Assembly: GCA_043803945.1 (NCBI GenBank)
Contig: JAZDJN010000038.1
Location: forward strand, 9,029-73,028
Length of the DNA stretch: 64,000 nucleotides
Source of the DNA: a bacterium
GTDB lineage: Bacteria > Bacteroidota > Ignavibacteria > UBA10030
Direction: 5' to 3'
Shown here: positions 39,855 through 49,511 of the stretch, in pieces
Layout of the letters: every line of letters starts with the position of its first letter
How positions within the stretch are numbered: position 1 is the stretch's first letter
Notes under the pieces: generated by a model
Told to the model about the DNA's origin: nothing
Database searches by the model: none
What the model saw: the letters and a program-made list of their open reading frames with translations, nothing else
Translations under genes and position numbers: made by a program

Positions 39855-42800
39855 ATGAAAAAAGTTGAATTCGGTGTTATTCTTCTCGTACTTGCGGCAC
39901 TTCTTGCCGGGTGTGCATCAACAAAAATTGTTGAAACGGTTTCTCTCACTCCGGCAGCCCCTGTGTTCTCTCTCGACCAACTGCTGGCCAGAATGCCTGT
40001 CCGCGATTCTGTCGAAGCACGGTGGGTGTTCTCATCTATACTTCAGATGGGACAGGGGACAATTCATGAAGTCTGTCGTCGGCTTGGTCCGGCGGGATCC
40101 GAGCGAAACGCTCAGGTTGAATTTGCGCTCCAGGGCCTCGCCACGTTTGTCGCCACCCAGGGAATTGAATCCGACCGATTGCTCTTCGTCTCCGCAATCG
40201 ACAGCGTGCTGAAATCCACCTTACCTGTTCAGCACGCTTCATTTCTCATTGCTCGCTTGCAGGTGGCAGGGGGAGAAGAGTCTATTGGCACGATGTCGCG
40301 CTATCTCGCCAATGATGATGTCTGTGAGCCGGCTGTTCAGGCGATGGTATCGATAAAAAAAGGTGCTGCTCTTCCAATAGTGAACGCGCTTCAGGGAGCA
40401 AACAAACACCGTCGGATTACACTGATGAAAGGCCTCGGTGAGTTGAGGGCGAGGGAAGCAGTCGAGCCGCTACTCAAGGAGGCAGCATCAACGGACGATG
40501 ATATCCGTCTGGCAGCTCTCTTTGCATTAGCGTCGATCGGTGATCCGCGTGCTGAAGATGTTCTGCTCAAGGCCTCCGAAAGTATCAAGCCGACAGAGAA
40601 GTTTGAGTCTACCTGGTTTCTGCTCACGTATGCCAAACGACAGGCCGATGCAGGAAATAAAACGAAGGCGCTTTCTCTCTGTAATGAATTGTTGACCCAT
40701 CGAAGCACATTTGCAGAAAATCATTATCGTGCTGCAGCATTAGATCTGCTCACACAGATCAAAGGCGAGAATGCGATCGAAAATCTGATAAAAGCAATGT
40801 CCGATTCAAGCAAACAGTTTCGAGTTACGGCCTTACGGCTGGCAGAAAAATTTCCAGGAGAGGCTTCCACAAACAGATGGATTGCGGTTGCGCAGCAGTC
40901 TCAACCGATTGTGAAGGGTGAGATTATTGATATGCTCGGAAACCGGATTGAGAAGAGCGCGTATTCGATGATACTCAATGCTCTTCAGGACAACAATGGT
41001 GTTGTGCGCGAATCTGCAATTGAAGCGTTCTTTCGTCTCAAAGGAGCAGAATCCATCGGTTCGATTCTTACTGTGCTTCAGCGAAGCAAGGATACAAGCG
41101 ATATCAAAGCCGTAAAGAGAGTGCTCGATCAAGTTCCTTCCGCACAAGCACTCCCACCGGTTCTCGAAGCTTTGCCGCGATTGACACCCCCGGCTGCTGT
41201 TATGATGCTGGATCTGCTTGGTAAATACGGTTCACTCGTGCCGGTGAATCCTGTCATGACGTTGAGCAAAAGTGAATCTCCTCAGGTACGTATCGCTGCG
41301 ATGAAGGCGTTGGGGACTATTGCACAGGAAGGTGATCAGGGAAAATTGATAGCGATTATGCTTGGTGCGAAGGAAGAATCTGAACGATCGGCGGCGCAGA
41401 AAAGCCTTGTCACAGTGTGCTCAAGGATCGAAGATGCAGAACTACGATCGGCTAAAGTGCTCGAAGCGTTCAAGACTGGAACCCAGGATGATAAGATCAC
41501 CTTACTCCGTACCCTTGGCCGCATGGGCGGCAGCAAAGCGATGGCTGTCGCTGCGGAAGAGTTGCGGAGCAAGAATTCAGAGATGCGCGATGCGGCTGTG
41601 CGCGCCCTCGCTGACTGGCCGAGCATCGATGCGTACGAAAATCTGCTTGGTGTTGCGAAGAGCAAAGAAAAACTGAATCTTCGTGTTCTTGCCTTGCGCG
41701 GTTGTGTTCGGGTGGTGGAGAATGCGCCGATTAATCCCCCGATGGCAGTACAATATCACGAACAAACTCTCGCCGCGGCCGAGCGCATTGAAGAAAAACG
41801 CCTCGTCCTGGGTGCACTGGGACATCTTCGCCACCGCGAGGCATTACGGCTGGTCATTCCATTCATCGGAGATGATTCCCTTGGGCTTGATGCTGCAATG
41901 GCTGCCGGAAAAATATCTACCGGAAAATCGGAGAAGAAAGATGAATTGGGATCGTCCGAAGTAGCACGCGCATTTATCGAATCGAAGATTCCGGCAACCT
42001 TTAAAACTCAAGTCGCTCGTAACCTTGATGCGGCGTCTGGAATGAATGCACCGCCGAAGGGATTCACCGCGTTGTTCAATGGAAAAGACCTGAAAGGGTG
42101 GAAAGGGCTTGTTGCGAACCCGATTGCCCGCGCAGCAATGGACAAAGAGCAGCTCGCTGCGGCACAACTGAAGGCCGATTCCAGCATGAATGCCCATTGG
42201 TCGGTCGTTAATGGAGTACTCGTCTTTGATGGTAAAGGGGAAAGCCTCTGCACAAGCAAAGACTATGGCGATTTTGAAATGCTTGTCGATTGGAAAATTG
42301 AAAAGCTCGGTGATAGCGGTATCTATCTGCGCGGATCTCCCCAGGTGCAAATTTGGGATCCCGCACAGTGGCCGGAAGGCTCGGGCGGTTTGTATAACAA
42401 TCAGAAAAATCCGAATAAACCACTGAAGCGGGCCGACAAGCCAATTGGGGAGTGGAATACATTTCGTATTCAAATGGTCGGTGAACGCGTCACCGTTTAC
42501 CTCAATGACATTCTGATCGTCGATAGTGTTATCATGGAAAATTATTGGGATAGAAAAATCCCCATCTTCGCAACCGGACAGCTTGAACTGCAATCACATT
42601 CTAGTCCACTCTTCTTCCGCAATGTTTTCGTTCGTGAACTGCCGCAAAAGAAAACGTTGTTTTCCGGCAGCCTGTTTAATGGGACCGATTTGTCAGGATG
42701 GAAACTCATTGAAGGGAAAGAGGGAACCTGGGGTGTAAAGGATGGAATCCTCTTCACGATGGGTGAAGGCGGCGGTTGGCTTTCAACCGAGCGTGAGTTT

Positions 42801-43250
42801 GAGAATTTCCAACTCGACCTGGATTTCAAAGTACCCGATGGGGGGAACAGCGGAGTCTTCATCCGCTCGCCTCGACAGGGCGATCCGGCGTACACCGGGA
42901 TGGAGATCCAAATTCTCGATGACTACGCACCCGTCTATGCGAAACTCAATGCCTGGCAGTACTGCGGGAGCCTTTATGGAGTACAGGCAGCTTCTCCCCG
43001 CGCGTCAAAAAAAGCCAATGAGTGGCAGCATATGCAGATTATTGCAGTGGGGCCTCGCGTAAAAGTCACCTTGAACAATCAACTCATTGTCGATGCAGAC
43101 CTGATTGCGCATATGGATAAGGAATCGACTCATCCGGGTTTGAAACGACGAGCCGGCTATACTGGATTGCAGAGCCACACGCTTCGTGTTGAATATAAAA
43201 ATATCATTGTGAAGGAACTTGAGTGGAAAGAAAGCAATGACGGAAATTGA
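39855..43250 (+). CDS. Lipoprotein: HEAT repeats fused to two DUF1080 domains
   Basis: Lipobox LLAGC; about 700 aa of HEAT repeats; LFNGKDLKGW...GDSGIYLRG...QSH and LFNGTDLSGW...GNSGVFIR...LQSH. Confidence 0.85.
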   Translation: MKKVEFGVILLVLAALLAGCASTKIVETVSLTPAAPVFSLDQLLARMPVRDSVEARWVFSSILQMGQGTIHEVCRRLGPAGSERNAQVEFALQGLATFVATQGIESDRLLFVSAIDSVLKSTLPVQHASFLIARLQVAGGEESIGTMSRYLANDDVCEPAVQAMVSIKKGAALPIVNALQGANKHRRITLMKGLGELRAREAVEPLLKEAASTDDDIRLAALFALASIGDPRAEDVLLKASESIKPTEKFESTWFLLTYAKRQADAGNKTKALSLCNELLTHRSTFAENHYRAAALDLLTQIKGENAIENLIKAMSDSSKQFRVTALRLAEKFPGEASTNRWIAVAQQSQPIVKGEIIDMLGNRIEKSAYSMILNALQDNNGVVRESAIEAFFRLKGAESIGSILTVLQRSKDTSDIKAVKRVLDQVPSAQALPPVLEALPRLTPPAAVMMLDLLGKYGSLVPVNPVMTLSKSESPQVRIAAMKALGTIAQEGDQGKLIAIMLGAKEESERSAAQKSLVTVCSRIEDAELRSAKVLEAFKTGTQDDKITLLRTLGRMGGSKAMAVAAEELRSKNSEMRDAAVRALADWPSIDAYENLLGVAKSKEKLNLRVLALRGCVRVVENAPINPPMAVQYHEQTLAAAERIEEKRLVLGALGHLRHREALRLVIPFIGDDSLGLDAAMAAGKISTGKSEKKDELGSSEVARAFIESKIPATFKTQVARNLDAASGMNAPPKGFTALFNGKDLKGWKGLVANPIARAAMDKEQLAAAQLKADSSMNAHWSVVNGVLVFDGKGESLCTSKDYGDFEMLVDWKIEKLGDSGIYLRGSPQVQIWDPAQWPEGSGGLYNNQKNPNKPLKRADKPIGEWNTFRIQMVGERVTVYLNDILIVDSVIMENYWDRKIPIFATGQLELQSHSSPLFFRNVFVRELPQKKTLFSGSLFNGTDLSGWKLIEGKEGTWGVKDGILFTMGEGGGWLSTEREFENFQLDLDFKVPDGGNSGVFIRSPRQGDPAYTGMEIQILDDYAPVYAKLNAWQYCGSLYGVQAASPRASKKANEWQHMQIIAVGPRVKVTLNNQLIVDADLIAHMDKESTHPGLKRRAGYTGLQSHTLRVEYKNIIVKELEWKESNDGN

Positions 43251-44577
43251 TCGAAGAAAATTCCTGCGCTATACGGCTGCAGCGGGAGCAGGCCTGCTTC
43301 TTGCGAACACACCAACGGAGGCATCAGATCCAGAACAACAATCGGCAGCCTCCGATGAGTTGAGAATTGCATTGATTGGTGCGGGTGCGCAAGGGCAGGT
43401 GCTGATGAATGCGTGCCTTAAAATTCCCACTGTTCACTTTGCCGCAGTTTGCGATATCTGGGAAGCCTACAACCTTCGCCGCGCACAGCGCATGCTCGAT
43501 AAGTTCGGACAAAAGGTCAATGCGTATATCGATTACCGGCAGATGCTTGCCATGGAGAAGGGGCTGAATGCGGTATTGATTGCAACTCCCGATTTCTGGC
43601 ACGCTCAACAAACGGTGGATTCTCTTCAAGCAGGGCTGCATGTCTATTGTGAAAAAGAAATGTCGAATACACTCGAAGGTGCCCGTCGCATGGTGCGCGC
43701 GGCAAGGCAAACCGGAAAGCTCCTTCAAATCGGGCACCAGCGCAGAAGCAATCCGCGATATCTTCATTGCTATAAGAAACTCATCAAAGAAGCAAAAGTC
43801 CTTGGGCGTATCACTACGGTGAACGGACAATGGAATCGTTCATTTCAACCTGATAACGGCTGGCCAAAAGGGGCGGGCATCGAGACAGCACGTCTGAATG
43901 AATTTGGATTTCGATCGATGGAAGAATTCAGAAACTGGCGATGGTACCGCCATCTCGGCGGCGGGCCGGTGGTCGATCTTGGCTCTCACCAACTCGATAT
44001 CTACAACTGGTTCCTCGATGCGCTGCCGAAATCAGTCGCGGCCAGCGGCGGCATCGATTACTATGACCCTAAAACCCATCAATGGTATGATGGTGTGCTC
44101 GCCACCTTCGAGTATGAAACGCGCAAAGGAAAGATCAGGGCATTCTATCAAACCATTTCCACCAATAGCAACCAGGGGTACTACGAAAGCTTTATGGGAG
44201 ATCAGGGAACATTGGTGATCTCCGAATCGGGAAGCCGCGGTGCGGCTTATCGTGAACCGGCTGCACCGGAATGGGATAAATGGGTGTCGCTCGGTTTTCT
44301 GAAAGCGCCTACCGGTGATCAGAAAAAACCTCAAGCCGAGGCAACGCTCGATGTTCGTGAAACGATTATTCCTCCTTCGTTCGAAGTGCCGGTGAAGTTC
44401 GACGATCCCTATCATAAACCTCATCTTGAAAATTTCTTCAACGCAGTCCGTGGTAAAGAGAAACTGAACTGCCCGGCGGAAATCGGCTACGAAACGGCCG
44501 TCACAGTCTTGAAGGTAAATGAAGCGGTAGAAACCGGAACGAAGCTCATCTTCAATCCACAGGAGTTCAAGGCCTGA
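43237..44577 (+). CDS. Tat-exported Gfo/Idh/MocA oxidoreductase
   Basis: IDRRKFLR, IGAGAQG, TPDFWH, CEKEM, GHQRRS, NWRWY, DLGSHQLD. Confidence 0.9.
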   Translation: MTEIDRRKFLRYTAAAGAGLLLANTPTEASDPEQQSAASDELRIALIGAGAQGQVLMNACLKIPTVHFAAVCDIWEAYNLRRAQRMLDKFGQKVNAYIDYRQMLAMEKGLNAVLIATPDFWHAQQTVDSLQAGLHVYCEKEMSNTLEGARRMVRAARQTGKLLQIGHQRRSNPRYLHCYKKLIKEAKVLGRITTVNGQWNRSFQPDNGWPKGAGIETARLNEFGFRSMEEFRNWRWYRHLGGGPVVDLGSHQLDIYNWFLDALPKSVAASGGIDYYDPKTHQWYDGVLATFEYETRKGKIRAFYQTISTNSNQGYYESFMGDQGTLVISESGSRGAAYREPAAPEWDKWVSLGFLKAPTGDQKKPQAEATLDVRETIIPPSFEVPVKFDDPYHKPHLENFFNAVRGKEKLNCPAEIGYETAVTVLKVNEAVETGTKLIFNPQEFKA

Positions 44578-44580
44578 CTT

Positions 44581-46467
44581 ATGTTTCCATCGAAGAAGAT
44601 AATCCTCTTAGCCGCGGCTTTCCTTGGTTGTGCATGTTCACTGTTTGCTCAGGCGCAATCGACTATTGGAGATGTTGCTGATGGTAATCGCTCAATCCCG
44701 AATCATCTGATCAAGCTCTATGACGAGTTCGACCATGTGATCAAAATGGATGAACTGCCGGCCATGCCATTCTCCTCAAAACAAACTTGCGGAAAATGTC
44801 ATGACTACGAAAAGATAAAACGGGGATGGCATTTCAATGCGGCAGATTCCGGGATTCAATCTGGACGAACAGGAGAACCTTGGATTCTCGTTGATCGCAT
44901 GGCGGCAACACAGATTCCACTCTCCTATAGAGGATGGAAAGGAACGTATCAACCCGGTTCTCTCGGATTATCGACCTTTAAATTTCTTTCCATCTTTGGA
45001 CGGCATCTTCCCGGAGGTGGAATAGGAGAGAATGAGCAGGCTCAGGATTTGAACGACTACATGCGCTGGCAGGTCTCCGGTACTCTCGATGTCAATTGCC
45101 AGAGCTGTCATAATGCAGATCCGGCACAAAGCCAGGCGGAGTACGGTGTTCAGGTGTTACGTCAGAATTTCCGGTGGGCTGCCGCAGCGAGCAGCGGGTT
45201 GACTACCATGCAAGGTGCAGCGGTCGACATGCCAGACAACTATGATCTCTATTCTGCCGTACCGCCTGAGCGATCAAATTTTCTTCCGCCAACCATTCAC
45301 TATACCAAGTCCCGATTTGACATTTCCGGAAAAACTCTTTTTAACGTGCCACGAAAGATGCCCGCAACACAATGTTCGTTCTGCCATTCAGACAAAGTTA
45401 TCGTCCCTGAGCAGCCTGATCGATGGGAACATGATGAAGATGTTCACATTGCTGCCGGTATGACCTGTATGGATTGCCATCGAAACGGAATTGACCACCA
45501 GATGATTCGGGGTTATGAAGGTGAAGCGAAATTGATACAAAAACCGGGAGCCGCAGTATTTACATGCAAGGGATGCCATTTAGGCACGAACGACGTACCG
45601 GTACCGAGAGAAGGAAAACGCGGTGCTCCCCGGCCGCAGCATCTGGGTATTCCACCCGTGCATTTCGAAAGACTTTCCTGCACAGCTTGCCACTCGGGCC
45701 CATGGCCTGGCGACGACACTTATCGGGTGAAGACTTCCAGAGCTCACGCGTTGGGAATACCTAAGGCGGACAAGTCGGATGATGCACTGCCGCAGATTCA
45801 AACTCCGGTCTATGCCCAGGGGGAAGATGGAATCTATGCACCTCATAATATTTTCTGGCCGGCATTCTGGGCATACAAAAATCAACATACTGTTCTCCCA
45901 ATTACGCCAACGCTTGTCCAGCCATTGATTGCTGAATTGTTCAAGAAGGATACGACACGGATTCTTGGCCGATGGCCGCAGTTGCGTAACGAAGATATTA
46001 ATGCAATCCTCGGATCACTGCGGGAGATGGATTCAACTGCAGGTGTACCCGTCTATATCAGCGGCGGCACACTATTCCGCGTTGGAACGAGTGGTGCGTT
46101 GGAAACTCAGGATGATGGGGCAGCGAAGCCGTACCTCTGGCCGATTGCCCACGATGTTCGGCCGAAAGCTCAATCACTGGGGATCCGCGGCTGCGGCGAC
46201 TGTCATGCAACGGATGCACCGTTCCATTTCGGATCCGTGTCAGTGAGCTCTCCCTACGTTACGATGAGGGATTCCGTCACAAGCATGACAGATTATCAGA
46301 ACAAGAGTTCTTTCTCTGCCTGGCTTTTTTCGATTTCCTTTCTCTTCCGGCCCGGACTTAAATTGCTCATCATTATCTCTTTTGTTCTTCTCGCATCTGT
46401 GGTGTTGATCTATGCAATGCGCGGACTGGCACAAATCATCAGAACACTTGCAGAGGAGGGTGAATGA
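44581..46467 (+). CDS. Membrane-anchored multiheme cytochrome c (7 CxxCH)
   Basis: Signal peptide; CGKCH, CQSCH, CSFCH, CMDCH, CKGCH, CTACH, CGDCH; C-terminal TM helix. Confidence 0.85.
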   Translation: MFPSKKIILLAAAFLGCACSLFAQAQSTIGDVADGNRSIPNHLIKLYDEFDHVIKMDELPAMPFSSKQTCGKCHDYEKIKRGWHFNAADSGIQSGRTGEPWILVDRMAATQIPLSYRGWKGTYQPGSLGLSTFKFLSIFGRHLPGGGIGENEQAQDLNDYMRWQVSGTLDVNCQSCHNADPAQSQAEYGVQVLRQNFRWAAAASSGLTTMQGAAVDMPDNYDLYSAVPPERSNFLPPTIHYTKSRFDISGKTLFNVPRKMPATQCSFCHSDKVIVPEQPDRWEHDEDVHIAAGMTCMDCHRNGIDHQMIRGYEGEAKLIQKPGAAVFTCKGCHLGTNDVPVPREGKRGAPRPQHLGIPPVHFERLSCTACHSGPWPGDDTYRVKTSRAHALGIPKADKSDDALPQIQTPVYAQGEDGIYAPHNIFWPAFWAYKNQHTVLPITPTLVQPLIAELFKKDTTRILGRWPQLRNEDINAILGSLREMDSTAGVPVYISGGTLFRVGTSGALETQDDGAAKPYLWPIAHDVRPKAQSLGIRGCGDCHATDAPFHFGSVSVSSPYVTMRDSVTSMTDYQNKSSFSAWLFSISFLFRPGLKLLIIISFVLLASVVLIYAMRGLAQIIRTLAEEGE

Positions 46468-47120
46468 CACTCTTTCGCATCCTCTCCGGACTGACAATTC
46501 TTCTCCTCCTCGCTGGAATAACCTACGATCTCAAGCGCAGGTTGAAGGTTTGGAAGACAGTGAGATCGTCTTGCCATCAACAGATTTTTGCCGCCTTCAA
46601 CGTATTCAAAGAAGCCAGGCAATCTCCTCAAGGGAATATTCTCGCGATTATCAAACGGGCAATATCTATCCTCACCGTACTATGTGCTCTCATTCTCGCA
46701 TTTACCGGATTCTTTCCGGTCACAATCCTCGGTACTCATCTTACGGGTATCCTTCTGGTAATCCATGTAACCATTGCTCCATTGTTTGCCCTTTGTCTTT
46801 GCGCCGTTGCATTACTCTGGGCGCATAAACTCAGGTTCATACAAGAGGATTGGACTGTATTCCGGAATATCATCAAGCATCAATCTATTACTGAAGAGCG
46901 GTTGGCGCGTTTCTTTCACAAGCTGGCTTTCTGGATCATTCTAGTGCTTTCCCTTCCGCTGATCCTGACTGTTATCCTCGAGCTTTTCCCACTGTTTGGC
47001 ACTGAAGGGGAAGAATTTCTCATAAGTCTTCATGGCTATTCTGCACTCTTCCTTGCACTGGTCGGTTTGATTCATACGTATTTGGCGATTATGTTTTTGA
47101 ATAATTCCCGCGAACATTAA
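46464..47120 (+). CDS. Cytochrome b-like membrane subunit (FdnI/Ni-hydrogenase cytochrome b type)
   Basis: About 5 TM helices with histidines (LVIHV, SLHGY, LIHTY); ATGA overlap with the cytochrome c gene. Confidence 0.6.
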   Translation: MTLFRILSGLTILLLLAGITYDLKRRLKVWKTVRSSCHQQIFAAFNVFKEARQSPQGNILAIIKRAISILTVLCALILAFTGFFPVTILGTHLTGILLVIHVTIAPLFALCLCAVALLWAHKLRFIQEDWTVFRNIIKHQSITEERLARFFHKLAFWIILVLSLPLILTVILELFPLFGTEGEEFLISLHGYSALFLALVGLIHTYLAIMFLNNSREH

Positions 47121-47127
47121 TGAAGGA

Positions 47128-47946
47128 GTGACAAACTTGAAACAATTATTTAAAACAACGATCTGGATTCTTCTATTCGGTACTCTATTGATTGGAGCTT
47201 GCCAAAAATCGCCTGAGCAAAATAATCAGCAAAGCAGTACGCAGCAGCAAACTGCCGGACAGACGCGGGAATCATCGCAGCAGCAGCCGGCAGGTCAACC
47301 TTCGGAACAACCGCAACAGGTATCAGGTGACGCCCAATCCGCAAGCCAACAACTGGTTCCTCTGGAGATCAAACTTCCGAAGCCGATGTTCGTCGGAACC
47401 CCGACAAACGTCGCGGTGCCAAATCTTGAGAAGCCGCTGGGAAAACCGCGTCCTCCATTTCTCGCTCCGGCTGGTACGAAAAATATTGCATTTAAAAAAC
47501 CGGTGAGTGGATCTGATGAGCAGCCGATTATCGGAGAACTCTCTCTCATCACCGATGGTGACAAGGAGGCAGCGGAAGGCAGCTATGTGGAGCTTGGGCC
47601 AAAGCTCCAGTACGTTACGATCGATTTGAAATCGCGGAATACCATCTATGCCATCCTGGTATGGCACTTCCACAAGCAGGCGGTCGTGTACAATGATGTG
47701 ATCGTCCAGGTTGCCGACGATCCCGATTTCATCTCGAACGTTCAAACGATCTTCAACAACGATATCGATAATTCCGCTGGAAGAGGTGTCGGGAAAGAGA
47801 TGAGCTATATCGAAACTTCGGAAGGCAAGCTTATCGATGCGCGGGGAGTGCAGGGCCGTTATGTCAGACTGTTCAGCCGCGGAAATTCCGCCAACGAATT
47901 GAATCACTACATCGAAGTTGAGGTCTACGGCAAGGCGGTTCAATGA
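47128..47946 (+). CDS. Lipoprotein with Gln-rich linker and discoidin/galactose-binding-like domain
   Basis: Lipobox LIGAC; QQ-rich linker; NIAFKKPV, ITDGD, GRYVRLFS, HYIEVEVYG. Confidence 0.65.
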   Translation: MTNLKQLFKTTIWILLFGTLLIGACQKSPEQNNQQSSTQQQTAGQTRESSQQQPAGQPSEQPQQVSGDAQSASQQLVPLEIKLPKPMFVGTPTNVAVPNLEKPLGKPRPPFLAPAGTKNIAFKKPVSGSDEQPIIGELSLITDGDKEAAEGSYVELGPKLQYVTIDLKSRNTIYAILVWHFHKQAVVYNDVIVQVADDPDFISNVQTIFNNDIDNSAGRGVGKEMSYIETSEGKLIDARGVQGRYVRLFSRGNSANELNHYIEVEVYGKAVQ

Positions 47947-49511
47947 GATGGTATTTCTGGATTGTTGGTGCCGTCATTGTGGTGGGCGCACTCCTGCGCC
48001 TGCCGCAATTGGAATTGAAGCCGATGCACACCGACGAAGCTGTCCATGCCATAAAGTTCGGTACCTTGCTTGAACGCGGAATCTACCGCTACGATAAAGA
48101 CGAATATCACGGCCCAACGCTAAATTATTTGACCCTTGTTCCCGCCTGGGTTCTCTCTCAAAAAAAAATCTCAGAGGTAACTGAGACAACTCTCCGTATC
48201 ATTCCGGCTCTCTTCGGTTTGGGCATTGTAATTCTTCTCGCTCTCATGCATGATCTCGGTCCAAAGCCCATGGCATTTGCCGCACTGCTTACAGCGGTAT
48301 CGCCCGCGATGGTATACTATAGCCGGTACTATATCCAGGAAATGCTTCTCGTCTGTGCCTCATTGGCTTTGATCTTCGCTGGGTATCGGCTCCTCACTCA
48401 GAAAAAAATAATCTGGGCTGTATTGACAGGCGTTAGTGTTGGTTTTATGGCTGCCACAAAGGAGACATGGCTTCTGTTCTGTGGTGCAATGGTCCTGGCT
48501 CTCGTTGGTACCTGGTTGCTCCGTCGTCGTGAAGGAGAAATCTCGCATCCGATCAGTTTTTGGAATCTGAGTATTATGGTTCTCTCTGCTGCCGCAGTGA
48601 TTGTATTATTCTTCTCTTCATTCTTTTCCCATTGGCAGGGTATCAAAGATTTTCTGCTCGCCTATCAAACGTACTTTGGCCGTGCAGTTCAGAATATAAG
48701 ACACAACCATCCCTGGTACTACTTTTTCCAGATCCTGCTCTGGTCGAAGGGGGAATCCGGCCCTCTCTGGACGGAAGCAGCAATTATCATTTTCGGACTG
48801 TCTGGTATCTGGCATGCATTCAGGCAGAGATCAAATCCTCCAATCGAAGCAAGATGGTTCTGGCTTTTCCTTGGATTGTATGCCTTGTCGATGCTCGCGA
48901 TTTCTTCTGCCATTCCCTATAAAACACCATGGTTGGTTGTTGGTACGTTGCTTCCATTTATTATGATGGCTGGGTATGGACTTTCAATATTCTTCGCCTG
49001 GCTTCAGCAGAAACAAGTACAGCTTCTCGCAATCCTGATTATTACGCTCATCACGGGCCACCTTGGCTGGCAGGCGTATCAATCAAGCTATCGGTATTAT
49101 GACGATCCGGTAAATCCTTATGTCTATTCTCATCCAACGCAAGATGTCCTTCTCATTTCAACAAGTGTCATTGAAGCGGCACTCCATACTCCTGAAGGAT
49201 TATCGACACCTGTTCAGGTGGTCTTTCCGGAAGATGAGTACTGGCCGCTCCCCTGGTATCTTCGCTCAATGAAAAATGTGGGGTGGTGGAATAACGTCGA
49301 CTCCGATGTTACTCCAACAAGCATCATGGTCATCACTCCAGAGTTGGAGAATGACCTGCTTGAGAAAATCTACAATCAGCCTTCGCGGGGAAGAAGCTCG
49401 CTGTATGTTCCCTTATTCGATCGATCGTTGTACCTGCGTCCGGGGAAAGAGGTACGGGGGTATGTTACTCTGGATCTCTGGAACTCAATCCATAAGGCTC
49501 CAGTGCAATGA
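47943..49511 (+). CDS. TIGR03663/Agl23-like GT-C (GT39/PMT-like) membrane glycosyltransferase
   Basis: KPMHTDEAVHA, YHGPTL, SPAMVYYSRYYIQE, ATKET, HPWYYF, YKTPW, YWPLPWYLR. Confidence 0.75.
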   Translation: MRWYFWIVGAVIVVGALLRLPQLELKPMHTDEAVHAIKFGTLLERGIYRYDKDEYHGPTLNYLTLVPAWVLSQKKISEVTETTLRIIPALFGLGIVILLALMHDLGPKPMAFAALLTAVSPAMVYYSRYYIQEMLLVCASLALIFAGYRLLTQKKIIWAVLTGVSVGFMAATKETWLLFCGAMVLALVGTWLLRRREGEISHPISFWNLSIMVLSAAAVIVLFFSSFFSHWQGIKDFLLAYQTYFGRAVQNIRHNHPWYYFFQILLWSKGESGPLWTEAAIIIFGLSGIWHAFRQRSNPPIEARWFWLFLGLYALSMLAISSAIPYKTPWLVVGTLLPFIMMAGYGLSIFFAWLQQKQVQLLAILIITLITGHLGWQAYQSSYRYYDDPVNPYVYSHPTQDVLLISTSVIEAALHTPEGLSTPVQVVFPEDEYWPLPWYLRSMKNVGWWNNVDSDVTPTSIMVITPELENDLLEKIYNQPSRGRSSLYVPLFDRSLYLRPGKEVRGYVTLDLWNSIHKAPVQ

